Below the pieces are notes generated by a model. That model did no database searches, was not told the origin of the DNA, and was given only the letters and a program-made list of their open reading frames with translations. A DNA stretch of 64,000 nt from Saprospiraceae bacterium (GTDB taxonomy: Bacteria > Bacteroidota > Bacteroidia > Chitinophagales > Saprospiraceae), in the NCBI GenBank assembly GCA_965213735.1, contig CBDCAB010000005.1, forward strand, positions 279,134-343,133, written 5' to 3'. The position numbers and the translations under genes were made by a program. This document shows, one piece after another, positions 56,501 to 64,000 of this stretch. How positions within the stretch are numbered: position 1 is the first letter of the stretch; each line of letters begins with the position of its first letter.

Positions 56501-56848
56501 AGTTATCAGCGCGTTGACCTCTGGTGCAACTGTAATTTGCAATGTTGCGGCAGAGCCTCCAAATGTAGCAGTGAGTTCTGTGGTGCCTGAAGCAAAGAAG
56601 TCGATGACGGCTTCGCCATTTGCGTTGACGAATACGTTGCCTAGGAGCGGGTCGGCCAGCTCCCAGGCTATTGCACCGCCGGGAACGGGTTCGAGATTGT
56701 AGGTAACGACATCCCCGAGGCATGGTTGGGCGTCAGTGGTCTCAATTACGCTCATTTGAGCGTAGGTACTTGCGTAGCAAAGACTTGCAAGTAGAAGTAG
56801 CGTGACTGCCCTCAGTCGAGGCAGCACGGCGTGTAGTGTGTTGTTCAT
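50597..56848 (-). CDS. Giant T9SS-secreted adhesin-like protein with PKD/Ig-like repeats (about 2083 aa)
   Basis: The start is chosen at MNNTLHAVLPRLRAVTLLLLASLCYASTYAQ (signal peptide). A PKD-type motif HWDFGDNSS is present. The C-terminal LTPNPATDAVSVTIHGL...LYSVKT is a T9SS type A sorting domain. Confidence 0.85.
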   Translation of the reverse strand: MNNTLHAVLPRLRAVTLLLLASLCYASTYAQMSVIETTDAQPCLGDVVTYNLEPVPGGAIAWELADPLLGNVFVNANGEAVIDFFASGTTELTATFGGSAATLQITVAPEVNALITSETGYDCPETSGGSSGLVHCFPDQSDVFTASPDGDVVWSTTGPITLSATTGQSVTGLYTGLGAFTVRATVTTAAGCSDEYIYTGFIEDVPNYNITNSVYDADQTIQICRNESLSFGVDLPIDDNTLVWSVNGVTIIGNVLDYEFTVAGQHTIELLVRTPCLCEQVVDMATVVVEEGPRYEVLCQEVACADSTLTYNLDLDNGAGAICPDVTWSAINGMVSSTTGDEITVTWDDVDMTTTGQLILTPPAGCTGCIQPTVIEVPIIGSTAEINVDPTCIDDFQSTSAITHAIPGAIYQWSYSDISPSYTSTNHLAGARFNFGAQSVTGTIGVIITYPLGGCESTGSVEVNRIPRFMVSDAPICVGDEISITYSGSSAADYTATYQLGNATGTLNFNDQSPITIPATQAGLLTLEISDYTYTDPTTGDVTTLQTCEDDFQILVNRTDAPTDIDGPVEVCPNTVSTYVVEPITSSYTWEVTGGTFVSSGTTTATGAQVNVEWGNSPPYQLEVRRVDAGCESAPLIVDITELDVQAGSIEHDNGLCLDSETPAVFILSCGPTMTPCETGTDYQWTVTPHQAGSVVDGQGTAEAGIRFHLIEDFTQPITVTVDYEICGEPFSVTTEPIIFETVGEASLEVFPVATCTNDQALFTVTPNSTLDVSNIDWVLTDQAGQVFTHNGPGLTWDFAPLPTQPLPSFGPANVVATIQYADCLLEEVVYGSIQYLYNPGIEISTVYHGERCDRDVALPVDVTFYASQSSSASEGYYEWFRVCPDGDSTTSTLIGAGDNLSSLTDHIDPDAECGYVLTLTRTYTIDGEEFTCSRDILVPLDYDCASSGCEGLCPEITVVNPGPIGVNSKPPGVIEAYVETKDSVKTGVCTFFDPRNDPAIILSGATFGTRVSTVNLEEGFTRGEIADFTNEFITFSTFTNPGVYELYFFAEGTYLGDYICGETTKLVEIPYIPHMDYALECGEGSQEGEYLLRVEDLTEVVFENQIAQGDYNWEVRLAASGAVLASGGDNTEVFAINQPAVATEVQICMSPQATFMHPDVTPGEPYQVEYCESLILPARATAEFSVNQMNPTICENTPFLFELVGNVDPSSTYHWDFGDNSSSMLAEPIKEFAMPGTYTVTLTAMNSLGCRVSTEQVITVTSSEFEGDLVATPNACNSQALVEFIPDPQEPGTAPYTYTWQPGPSNTPQIILGTDAFVQLHVEDAAGCQFEVSQSVDVDPALLLPLNVPEAQYCANEVVTYTVLAPASTAFTYQLVLNGTVIDNQLQPTQTILRTLDLTDPAVSSLLNVSGAANRLSVVVLDGTFVCQESTEEFAVLEVPEPPVITSILECDPSQVLFLTLNGAEVDWYLSGTLALRGSSQFLVPASTAASFVTARASNVQECSSDPSNGVFVPGLTLPNILTGCILDCENLPSVLSAGTFSQFSSWSWQFISSSGTTPAGCNPPSGTNSRVEDWVDYLNCGNGEYSLMVEYALPSGESCEINVEGFCVECVPASCTGPILIAENTVCRYGENPDMQYFYLNFHTTNPEPGDAELCGNNPVRISNADFITDPIITLEGGDSYNVEVLVAVQDSINPSEACMTLSFCNSGSDIVCYETTACLGSGPKGLEGECGNVSCGGEVTYDVDATSALCTNNPVTIHLKGVELQLPLGCDSIHQVQMWTETGVLSNFAAGGPQWNLNYTKNGTVIEVGDMQFDYTRYTDHREACFRFDIKCLDADGNNTLCSSSLCVDLAEECNNFITNPHPGETYVYCEGSDEVYSYYSIEHYFDQELEFQDHLVAVYGGELQEELQYIEGGFVSYARIPLGNHHFLMHFGNPEVDRESDLYTFPEYGEGEWGYLRSEQDYFLPVHLDECASGELEQRSKRARATQDDAMRDALTVTLTPNPATDAVSVTIHGLARTERIAWSDISVHTLSGQQFHVELGATASNRATIHVDALPSGLYSVKTTTDHGRSVLTRFVKL

Positions 56849-56972
56849 GTTTTTGAAGTGTTGTTCGCAAAGCCACCCGCAACAGCGTATATTCACGAGC
56901 TAAATCTCTGTGCGTATCCGCCGCTGCATGAGCCTTCGATCAGCAATGCACCACAAACCTTGCCACTACTTT

Positions 56973-57926
56973 ATGTTAAAAAAGTGTACATATATATCAT
57001 CCCTATTGCTAATTACTTATGTATTTGCATCTCCTGTTTTTGCCCAATGCGACACACTCCCTGTCGCAACCCGGTGGGAGTCAACCTATCTTGACTACAG
57101 CTACGTCGACTTTCGAAGCGCAATCGCACGTAATGCACCACCCGTCATTATATTCCCTGACTCGCCAGCCGTAATCACCGCCAGCTCGGAGCACCTCTCA
57201 GTCATCTCATACCCTAACGGCAAGCCGAAGTATATCTTCAACGGGCACCAACTTCGCAGGGGCTCCGACTACGGGCTACTAGCAGACGGTGTAGCAGTCG
57301 GCGCCGACTCCACAGGCGGTTCTAGATCCCTCGGTGAATCTGTATATCAACATACCATGCTGCCGCTGCCCGGTGACACGAATATCATTTACTTGTTTCA
57401 CTGCCAGGCAAGTCGAACTCCTACCCGCCCCGCTGATAGTGCCTGGAGCAACAACCTACCTGCTTTTCTATCAATCTATGACGCGCGGCTTGATCGCTTT
57501 ACCTTGCGCGACAGCATACTTCACGGACGTGCGACCGAAAGCTGGGCAGCCATTCGACACCCCGATGGCGAGAGCTGGTGGGTAGCCACCCGCGTGCACA
57601 GCCCCTCAGCCATACGAGTGTACCAGCTCAGCGCACAGGAACTACAGGCTGATGTGCACTCGTTGGGAGGATCAGAGTACGGGTGGCGAGGTACTGAGGA
57701 AATTAGCGGCATCGCATTCTCTCCTTCAGGCCTACATATTGGCTGGGCTGTGCGTGCCTCTTCACGGTACGACTCGATTGCTGGCGAGCATTGGGTGGCC
57801 GACTTTGACTGTTTGAGCGGGCGTGTTACGAATTTTGCACAACTTGACGACGATCTACGTGTAGGGGGGGGGGGGGAGCGTAGTTTTCTCACCGCAGGGT
57901 GGGTACCTCTACGGTATAAAAGATGA
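56973..57926 (+). CDS. N-terminal fragment of a frameshifted surface protein gene
   Basis: Signal peptide MLKKCTYISSLLLITYVFASPVFAQ. The frame terminates 50 nt after the G13 tract. Confidence 0.6.
   Translation: MLKKCTYISSLLLITYVFASPVFAQCDTLPVATRWESTYLDYSYVDFRSAIARNAPPVIIFPDSPAVITASSEHLSVISYPNGKPKYIFNGHQLRRGSDYGLLADGVAVGADSTGGSRSLGESVYQHTMLPLPGDTNIIYLFHCQASRTPTRPADSAWSNNLPAFLSIYDARLDRFTLRDSILHGRATESWAAIRHPDGESWWVATRVHSPSAIRVYQLSAQELQADVHSLGGSEYGWRGTEEISGIAFSPSGLHIGWAVRASSRYDSIAGEHWVADFDCLSGRVTNFAQLDDDLRVGGGGERSFLTAGWVPLRYKR
57864..57876 (+). repeat. G13 homopolymer at the frameshift point
   Basis: Thirteen consecutive G. The upstream frame reads VGGGGE. Removing one G gives VGGGGSVVFSPQGGYLYGIKDD..., which stays open through to 59802. 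Confidence 0.95.
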
Positions 57927-58062
57927 TTCTACCGGCTTTATTTTCGACAATGACATTCACCGTTACCGCATTGATCTCCGCGGTGGTGGCAATCATGGCA
58001 CTGCCGAGCACATCTTCAATACCGCACAAAATCTCGGGGTAGCTCTGGGTCCTGATGGCCGC

Positions 58063-59802
58063 GTGTATGGCGGGCCTAACTCACGCCTGCGCTATATCGA
58101 CAATCCCGACCGCTGGCAGGCGCTCACCGATCCGACTACCTATACCTACCCCGGCGGGGCAAGTGCCACAACACTCCCGCCGGACCCGTGGGTCGCTCAG
58201 GGGCTCAATCCCCAACAGGCTGCGATTGACTTGCCGCTCTTGCGGCTGCCGCGGCTGGGAGGTGATAACCTCGTGGCCTGTGGAGATACACTTGCTTATA
58301 CTATACTCGAAAATTGCTATCAAGAACTCGCGCAGGTGTCCTATGAAGTCGGGCAGGGTATTACAGTTATTGATGACAATAAGCCGCTCCTTACGCTAGC
58401 CTTTGATACCCTCCATACGCTAGAAGAGGTACGCTACGTCGCCCTCGCCAACAGCCATCCCTGCCGCACCTACCGCGACACCTTCTGGGTCTACGTCGAA
58501 GGCTGCGAGCAGACATGCGCACCAGTAACTACGGCAGCACAACTCACCGCATGCGACTCCGCACGCATCCACGGCATCTGGCAAAGCAGCAGCGGCGACT
58601 ACAGCCAGACCTTCCAATCCTTTAGCGGCTGTGACTCGACTAGCTTCATTAGCCTGAGCATCACATCTTCCGTGACAACCGCAGAGACCATCACCGCCTG
58701 CGACTCAACGCTAGTCCACGGCCAGTGGCAAAGCACAAGCGGCGACTACAGCCAGACCTTCCAATCCTTCACTGGCTGCGACTCCACCAGCACCATCAAG
58801 TTAAGCATCTCACCTTCCCTGGCTACAACAGAGAGCGTCACCGCCTGCGACTCCGCCTCCGTTCACGGCATCTGGCAAAGTACAAGCGGCGACTACAGCC
58901 AAACCTTTCGATCCTTTAGTGGCTGCGACTCGACTAGCACCATCAGCCTTAGCATCTCGCCCTCCGTATCTACCTTAGGAAGCACTACCGCCTGCGATTC
59001 AACCCTAGTCCACGGTACCTGGCAAAGCACAAGCGGCGACTACAGTCAGACCTTCCAATCCTTTAGCGGCTGCGACTCGACTAGTACCATCAGCCTTAGC
59101 ATCAGCTCCGTGCTGGAGACGGCTGAGGAAGTTATCGCCTGCGACTCCGCTCGCCTCGATGGGCAGTGGGTCTACCAGAGTGGGGAACATGAGCAGGCCT
59201 TTAACAGCGTGCAAGGCTGCGACTCTATCCATACCACCACCGTCACCATTCTCGACTCCCCAGCGCGACCACCACTGCCTCAGGATACCCTACTCGCACA
59301 AGCAGAGGCCCTTCAGCTCTCCTTAGCCGCTGATCCTAACCTCGCCTACAACTGGCAACCCGAAGCAGCAGTCAACTGTGCCGACTGCGCACGAGTGGAG
59401 GTAGTGCCGAGCTTTGAAGGTCGACTCAGCGTAGAGGTCAGCGATGATCAGGGCTGTAGCACCCTCGCCGCGATGCTGGTGCTGCGTGCGCCCGAGCCTA
59501 GCAAGGAGCTGTGGGCACCTACTGCATTTTCACCCAATGGCGATGGCGTGAATGACAACTTCAGCATTGCCCTGCCTGCCGGGGCTAGTCTCCTCAGCTG
59601 CACGGTGTATGATCGTTGGGGCAATTCCCTCAGCGCTGCTGTCGGTGTGCTCAATGCCCCTCCCGGCGAGCTGCTGCCGGTGTGGGATGGCACCTTCCGC
59701 GGCAAAACTGCCAATCCTGGTGTGTTTGTCTGGCAGGCTGAGTGGAGGGATAGGGATGGCATAGAGCAGCTGGCGACAGGGGAGGTGACATTGCTGAAAT
59801 AG
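58063..59802 (+). CDS. C-terminal part of the same surface protein, with cysteine-rich tandem repeats and a T9SS type B (gliding motility-associated) C-terminal domain
   Basis: This frame is open from the G tract (57864) onwards. The listed ORF begins at a GTG. The C-terminus FSPNGDGVNDNF...VYDRWGN...VWDG...G.FVW is the type B sorting domain signature. Confidence 0.75.
   Translation: MYGGPNSRLRYIDNPDRWQALTDPTTYTYPGGASATTLPPDPWVAQGLNPQQAAIDLPLLRLPRLGGDNLVACGDTLAYTILENCYQELAQVSYEVGQGITVIDDNKPLLTLAFDTLHTLEEVRYVALANSHPCRTYRDTFWVYVEGCEQTCAPVTTAAQLTACDSARIHGIWQSSSGDYSQTFQSFSGCDSTSFISLSITSSVTTAETITACDSTLVHGQWQSTSGDYSQTFQSFTGCDSTSTIKLSISPSLATTESVTACDSASVHGIWQSTSGDYSQTFRSFSGCDSTSTISLSISPSVSTLGSTTACDSTLVHGTWQSTSGDYSQTFQSFSGCDSTSTISLSISSVLETAEEVIACDSARLDGQWVYQSGEHEQAFNSVQGCDSIHTTTVTILDSPARPPLPQDTLLAQAEALQLSLAADPNLAYNWQPEAAVNCADCARVEVVPSFEGRLSVEVSDDQGCSTLAAMLVLRAPEPSKELWAPTAFSPNGDGVNDNFSIALPAGASLLSCTVYDRWGNSLSAAVGVLNAPPGELLPVWDGTFRGKTANPGVFVWQAEWRDRDGIEQLATGEVTLLK
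58546..59280 (+). repeat. Five tandem 147-bp (49-aa) repeats
   Basis: Repeat starts are at 58546, 58693, 58840, 58987 and 59134. The unit is TACDS..VHG.WQSTSGDYSQTFQSFSGCDSTSTISLSISPS. The fifth copy is divergent. Confidence 0.9.
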
Positions 59803-59865
59803 CGATGGTCGTGCGGGTCTCCCGACCGGCATATCTTTGCGAAATCCGGCCCAACCAGCCCCCCC

Positions 59866-60666
59866 TCAATCCACCACAGCACCCTCCGGCATTGCCTGCA
59901 CCTTACCACGAAAGATCGTCTGACGCGCCTGCAGCGAAGGAATCTCAGCACTGTGAAAACTCACCATCCCGCGGAACTCTGCGTGATCAAGCATCACTCG
60001 ATCATGACTCTTGAGCAGGTCGAAAAATGTCTGCCCACGGCAATCGAGGTAGCTTCCATCGAGATAGCCAGCTACCCGCGCCTCAATGAGCGATAGAACA
60101 CCGATAATCGTCGTGCGCTGGAGACTCAAGCCCTGCTCAAAGCTCACTTTTTTTGCAAAAAAATCTCCGATACGGGCGCTGCCAATGCGCACATTGCCAG
60201 CCACTGTCGCCCCTCGTAAATCCAGTCTGCCATTCACGCGGACGCTCGGCAACATCAAATGCCCTTGCACCACCACATCATTGAATTCCAGATGATGAGC
60301 GAGCGAAAGACCGGCGAGTTGGCAGTCGGAGGCAAAGGTGCTGCCCATAAAACTCAGACTTCCACCCTGCACTTCACCGCCATCGCGCGTAGAAAACACA
60401 GGTGCTGCAAACTCGCAGTTGATAAAGCTCAGCACTGGCGGCAGTGCGTAGATAGTACCCGCAGCAGTGCTTGCCTCCGCAGTTGCTAGGTCGCTGAGGT
60501 AGACGGTATCCCGAAACACCTCGTTGCGATAGGTCATGGCTTTGGGGCTGGGTGAGGAGGCTAGTCCTGAAACGGCATTCGCCGGGGCTCCCGTTTGGGA
60601 GCAGCCCGGCGAACCCGTCCCAACGACGAGTAACACGAATGTTAGCGTAAGGAAGGAAAGTTGCAT
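59866..60666 (-). CDS. Hypothetical lipoprotein with a repetitive beta-helix-like (pentapeptide-repeat-like) sequence
   Basis: Lipobox-like VVGTGSPGCSQ. The body is repetitive and degenerate. The start lies 1 nt after the stop of the upstream peptidase gene. Confidence 0.5.
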   Translation of the reverse strand: MQLSFLTLTFVLLVVGTGSPGCSQTGAPANAVSGLASSPSPKAMTYRNEVFRDTVYLSDLATAEASTAAGTIYALPPVLSFINCEFAAPVFSTRDGGEVQGGSLSFMGSTFASDCQLAGLSLAHHLEFNDVVVQGHLMLPSVRVNGRLDLRGATVAGNVRIGSARIGDFFAKKVSFEQGLSLQRTTIIGVLSLIEARVAGYLDGSYLDCRGQTFFDLLKSHDRVMLDHAEFRGMVSFHSAEIPSLQARQTIFRGKVQAMPEGAVVD

Positions 60667-60667
60667 G

Positions 60668-62338
60668 CTAGTGAACGCTTGATGCTGATTTGCTGACGCC
60701 GAGGCTGCGGGCTGCGGCTGCTTTGCGGTCGAGTTCTCCGGAGCGGCGCGCAGCGTTGAGCAATTGCTTCAGCTCGCTTGGTGAGTAAGCGTTGCCCCTT
60801 GGTGCCTCTGGGCGCAATTCACCCGATTGGAGGCGCTGAGTAGCAACTGCATTGCCGCGGAGTAGATCGCGCTGTGCGTTGAGGCCATTCTGGTTGCCGT
60901 TGCCGGTGAGACCGATCACGCCACCGTCGATACTGATCGGTTCGAGTGAAGGGAAGAAGTAGTTGTCAAACTCATCGTACTCGGCAATTTCTTCCTCACC
61001 ATCGGCGACCATCATCAGGAAGTACTCGCCCGAAATGTTAGGCATGCGGTAGCCTTGGTCGAAACCTTCCTTGCCGAAAAGCTGGAGGCCGAGGCTGCTG
61101 TTGGCTTTCAGGTCTATGTTGATGTCGCAGCCCGTATCGTCGCAGCTAACATCAGTTACTGAGGTAGTGAGGCGGTTGTGAAAGAGCACGCCCCAATCAT
61201 TGGCATCGTATGCATTGTAGTACACGTAGTAGATGTCCCAGTTGGTAGCTGCACTCGCAGCCTGATCGCCGAAGTTGTAGATGTCGTAATTGGCAATACG
61301 ATCTTGGCCACTTCCTTGATTGTCGACGTACTCATCGAACATCCAGGTGACTAGCTCGGGGTTGCCGCCGCTCGGAGGGGTAGGTTGGTTGTCGTCAGGA
61401 TTTGAGCCCTTAGCGTTAGTAGCAATGTAGAGGAAGGCGCTGTTATTCTGGTCGCGCATCAGCATGTTGTTCATGAAGAAGTTGTAATCGATCCAGATGA
61501 AGCCTCCGTCGCCCCAGTCTCCCCAGGAGTTCACCAGGCGGAATGCTCCGTTGGCACCCTTGCTGTTATCGTAGCCGACGATTGCCATGGCGTGGTAAGC
61601 GTGTTGAAAGTTAGGATCGAATGTGCCTTCTGTATCGAGTACACCATCGCCGCGCCATTCTTGAAAGGCTGTGCCCAACTTCGCACCTACAACGATTGGC
61701 ATCTTGTCGGCTAGGGTTCGCTTTATAGCTTCAACGCTGCCATCCACGCGGCGGTAATTAGCTACTTTATTAGAAGCTGCAGCAGCATCCCAACTAGGAT
61801 CAGCGAGTTGTTGGGCGCAATTACCGAGGTTCTCGTAAGGTACCGCAGCTTGTGTGGCTAGACCTTTGTTTTGAAGTATATCGAATGCAGGGTCGAAGAG
61901 CATACCGTTGCAGTCTGCGCTCTTTTGCCCGTCAGGTACGCTGGTGAAAAGGTAGCGGGGCGAACCTTGCTTGCTGGGATCAGCAAGGGCCGAGGTGCTT
62001 AATCCAGCTTCAATAGCGTTAATCGCAGTTTTAAAATTGTATCCTACAGCCCAGGCGACGCAGGTGCCGTAAGTACCTTGGTTGCCAATAGGCGGTAGGT
62101 ACTGGGTGAGGTCGACACTATTTGGCATAGTGCCGGTGCCGAAGCTGAAGTTGGCTTGCACTGGAGTGGTAGAAGCCGTGCCGTTGGGCAACAAGCCCGT
62201 ACCATAAGGCAAGTCGCTTTGGGTGCCGCCGCCGCCGTTAGGGTCGGGCATGGCAGAGGAGTCGTCGTCTTTCTCGCAAGACGTAAGCGTGAGGCCGAAA
62301 GCCATCAGAAGGAAGAAGAGGAAGTTGGAAAAGCGCAT
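60668..62338 (-). CDS. Papain-family (C1) cysteine peptidase lipoprotein
   Basis: Lipobox LTLTSCEKDD. Catalytic motifs QGTYGTCVAWAVGY (Cys), HAMAIVGYD (His) and NSWGDWGDGGFIWI (Asn-Ser-Trp). Confidence 0.8.
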   Translation of the reverse strand: MRFSNFLFFLLMAFGLTLTSCEKDDDSSAMPDPNGGGGTQSDLPYGTGLLPNGTASTTPVQANFSFGTGTMPNSVDLTQYLPPIGNQGTYGTCVAWAVGYNFKTAINAIEAGLSTSALADPSKQGSPRYLFTSVPDGQKSADCNGMLFDPAFDILQNKGLATQAAVPYENLGNCAQQLADPSWDAAAASNKVANYRRVDGSVEAIKRTLADKMPIVVGAKLGTAFQEWRGDGVLDTEGTFDPNFQHAYHAMAIVGYDNSKGANGAFRLVNSWGDWGDGGFIWIDYNFFMNNMLMRDQNNSAFLYIATNAKGSNPDDNQPTPPSGGNPELVTWMFDEYVDNQGSGQDRIANYDIYNFGDQAASAATNWDIYYVYYNAYDANDWGVLFHNRLTTSVTDVSCDDTGCDINIDLKANSSLGLQLFGKEGFDQGYRMPNISGEYFLMMVADGEEEIAEYDEFDNYFFPSLEPISIDGGVIGLTGNGNQNGLNAQRDLLRGNAVATQRLQSGELRPEAPRGNAYSPSELKQLLNAARRSGELDRKAAAARSLGVSKSASSVH

Positions 62339-62551
62339 GATGAGCAATTGAAAGTGAGTGAATTGTTTCCCTTCTATCGCAGCTCATGCAAAAGGTCATC
62401 AAAGTATTTTTTTGAACCTCGCAAAAAATTATGTGTGCATGCCACAGCCGTGGTTTGGCATAGCAAAAAGGCCGAAGCGACATTGCTGTCACCTCGGCCA
62501 GTTAAATTGTGCAGGCTTTTGCCTGGCAAAGCGATGAAGAAGACTATGACC

Positions 62552-63280
62552 TCAGAGTTGTTCCAGGAGTTCGAGGGCTTGCGTGCGGTGACTGCTGCTG
62601 AGCTTGAGGAGTTCTTCGAGTTCTTGTTTGGCTTCTGCTACGCGGTCGAGGCGCAACAAACTCAGCGCTCTGTACCAGTAAGCATCCGCGCGATAGCTTC
62701 CATCACTGATGTTGCTGAGCTGATCTAAAGCTGCAGAAGCATCGTCGTTGGCGAGATGAGCGAGCCCGAGAAAGTAGCTGAGGGTATCGCTGGCAAGGCC
62801 GGGTTGCTGCAAGGTCGACCACTGCTTAATTGCGGCATCGTAGTCGCCAAGCTTATAGTCAATCATGCCTTCCTGAAAGTCCTGATCGTCGGTGAGGCCA
62901 AGAGTCGTTGGCAAGCCTAGTGCGGGTTCAAAATAGCTGGCAGAAAGTCCAGCTGGCGAACCAGCTCTTTGCTCACTGAAGGTCCACAAACCTGCGGCGA
63001 CGAGTAGGGTGAGGCTAGCGGCTATTGCTAGTATACGCTTACTTGAAAGGCGGCGAATACGTGCTCCTCCAGAGCGTTGAATTTGACTGCGGCGGCGGGC
63101 TTGAGCTATGCGATCGGCTACGGCGGCCCGCTCGACGGCCAGCAGCGCATTGCGAGTCTCCTCAACTTCCTGCTGCAGGCTTGGATCGGCCGCCATGTCG
63201 AGCTCGAATTGCTGACGATCGACATTGGAAAGCTCACCTGTGAGGTAAGCTTCGACCCGTGAAAATGTTGCTTCGGACAT
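62552..63280 (-). CDS. Anti-sigma factor-like membrane protein with a C-terminal TPR region
   Basis: The start at MSEATFSRVEAYLTGELS lies 2 nt after the sigma gene stop. There is a single TM helix (ILAIAASLTLLVAAGLW) and TPR-like C-terminal helices. Confidence 0.6.
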   Translation of the reverse strand: MSEATFSRVEAYLTGELSNVDRQQFELDMAADPSLQQEVEETRNALLAVERAAVADRIAQARRRSQIQRSGGARIRRLSSKRILAIAASLTLLVAAGLWTFSEQRAGSPAGLSASYFEPALGLPTTLGLTDDQDFQEGMIDYKLGDYDAAIKQWSTLQQPGLASDTLSYFLGLAHLANDDASAALDQLSNISDGSYRADAYWYRALSLLRLDRVAEAKQELEELLKLSSSHRTQALELLEQL

Positions 63281-63282
63281 GA

Positions 63283-63867
63283 TTAGTGAACTTGTGCCGC
63301 AGTACAAAGCTTTTTGAGCTTCTGCATGCAGCGGTATTTTTCGTTTTTGGCTGTTTGAGGAGTTATTCCCCGTTGCTCCGCTAGGGTAGCCAGAGCAACT
63401 TTATTGAAGTAGAAGGCCCGCAACATTTCCTGGCAGCGTTCGCCAAGCTGTGCAAAGCCTGCATCGAGTGCGCCGAAGTGTTGCTCCCGCTGCGCCGTTT
63501 CCTCCGCAGTGGATTCCTCGGCGTTTTCAGGGACGACATCGGCGTAATCCGTTTTGCGAAAGCTGACCTTCCGCGTCTTATCAATCCAGCGATTGCGGCA
63601 TAATTGCACCAAATAGGTGCTCACCTTCACCCCTTCACGCTGCTGGTATCGACCATCTCTGGCGTTTTGCCATAAGGCTAAAAGCGCCTCTTGAAAAATG
63701 TCTTCAGCCTCTCCGGCAGGGCAGCCGCGGTCGCTGAGCGCACGCACTGCCATCGGCAATACAGACTGATAAAGCTGGTCGAATGCAGCAGAATCCCCTC
63801 GTTGAAGTCCAGCATAGAGCTGCACCTCGTCAAGACGAGCACTGCGGGGTTTGAGTAGTCGGATCAC
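63283..63867 (-). CDS. ECF-type RNA polymerase sigma-70 family factor
   Basis: Region 2-like FQEALLALWQNA...YLVQLCRNRWID and region 4 HTH LATLAEQRGITPQTAKNEKYRCMQKLK. Confidence 0.85.
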   Translation of the reverse strand: MIRLLKPRSARLDEVQLYAGLQRGDSAAFDQLYQSVLPMAVRALSDRGCPAGEAEDIFQEALLALWQNARDGRYQQREGVKVSTYLVQLCRNRWIDKTRKVSFRKTDYADVVPENAEESTAEETAQREQHFGALDAGFAQLGERCQEMLRAFYFNKVALATLAEQRGITPQTAKNEKYRCMQKLKKLCTAAQVH

Positions 63868-64000
63868 ATTTACTGCCCTTTGGCGGTTGTTGTCGGATTG
63901 CTGTAGCCTCGCTGGCTATCTCTATATCGCAACGGGCGCAAAAGGTCATCATGCCTGCTCGAAATTATTCGTCCGGCCCCCAGCAGATGAGCGGCGGCGC

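Noticed and set aside
62156-62728. 190-aa plus-strand ORF spanning the peptidase start and the anti-sigma end
   Set aside because: It is antisense to two well-supported genes and its composition is dominated by the complementary codons. I judge it spurious.

Overview
This 64 kb chromosomal segment is probably from a Bacteroidota-type genome. The assignment is an inference from several cargo proteins carrying T9SS type A and type B C-terminal sorting domains, a LytTR/HisKA_2 two-component pair and an ECF sigma/anti-sigma pair. Housekeeping anchors are gyrB (5' truncated by the window edge), a GH3/beta-lactamase-like fusion, nadB and a YfcH-like SDR.

The most interesting part is an accessory or defence island at about 6.6-21.4 kb. 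It holds a type I R-M system whose hsdM-hsdS pair (6956-9621) is separated from hsdR (16534-18909) by about 6.9 kb of visibly AT-richer cargo, arranged in three units:
- Two unknown genes co-directional with hsdS. One has a caspase/CHAT-like His...Cys pattern.
- An overlapping PD-(D/E)xK nuclease plus HhH-GPD/OGG-fold gene pair, with a 5'-truncated duplicate of the HhH gene and a bacterial PH-domain gene between the two copies.
- A three-gene operon ending in a long RES-domain protein, transcribed divergently from hsdR.

Gene remnants follow the island: a COG1373 ATPase fragment and a duplicated Uma2 5' end.

Other notable items:
- A 1953-aa single-polypeptide candidate defence protein combining a transglutaminase-like core, a DUF4011-like segment, a Upf1-like SF1 helicase, a DUF559-like endonuclease and a DUF3320-like tail.
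- An ORF-free RNA of about 0.7 kb that looks like an ORF-less group II intron, inserted 7 nt after the terminator hairpin of a 2083-aa T9SS adhesin gene. That placement is typical of class C introns.
- A G13 homopolymer that splits a roughly 940-aa T9SS type B surface protein gene, which also contains five 147-bp tandem repeats.
- A GGTGCTG heptamer and palindrome repeat field in a convergent spacer.
- A three-gene operon encoding giant secreted proteins, next to a TPR sensor kinase and LytTR regulator.

No rRNA, tRNA or CRISPR array was recognised. All family assignments come from motif reading of the supplied translations, not from database searches.
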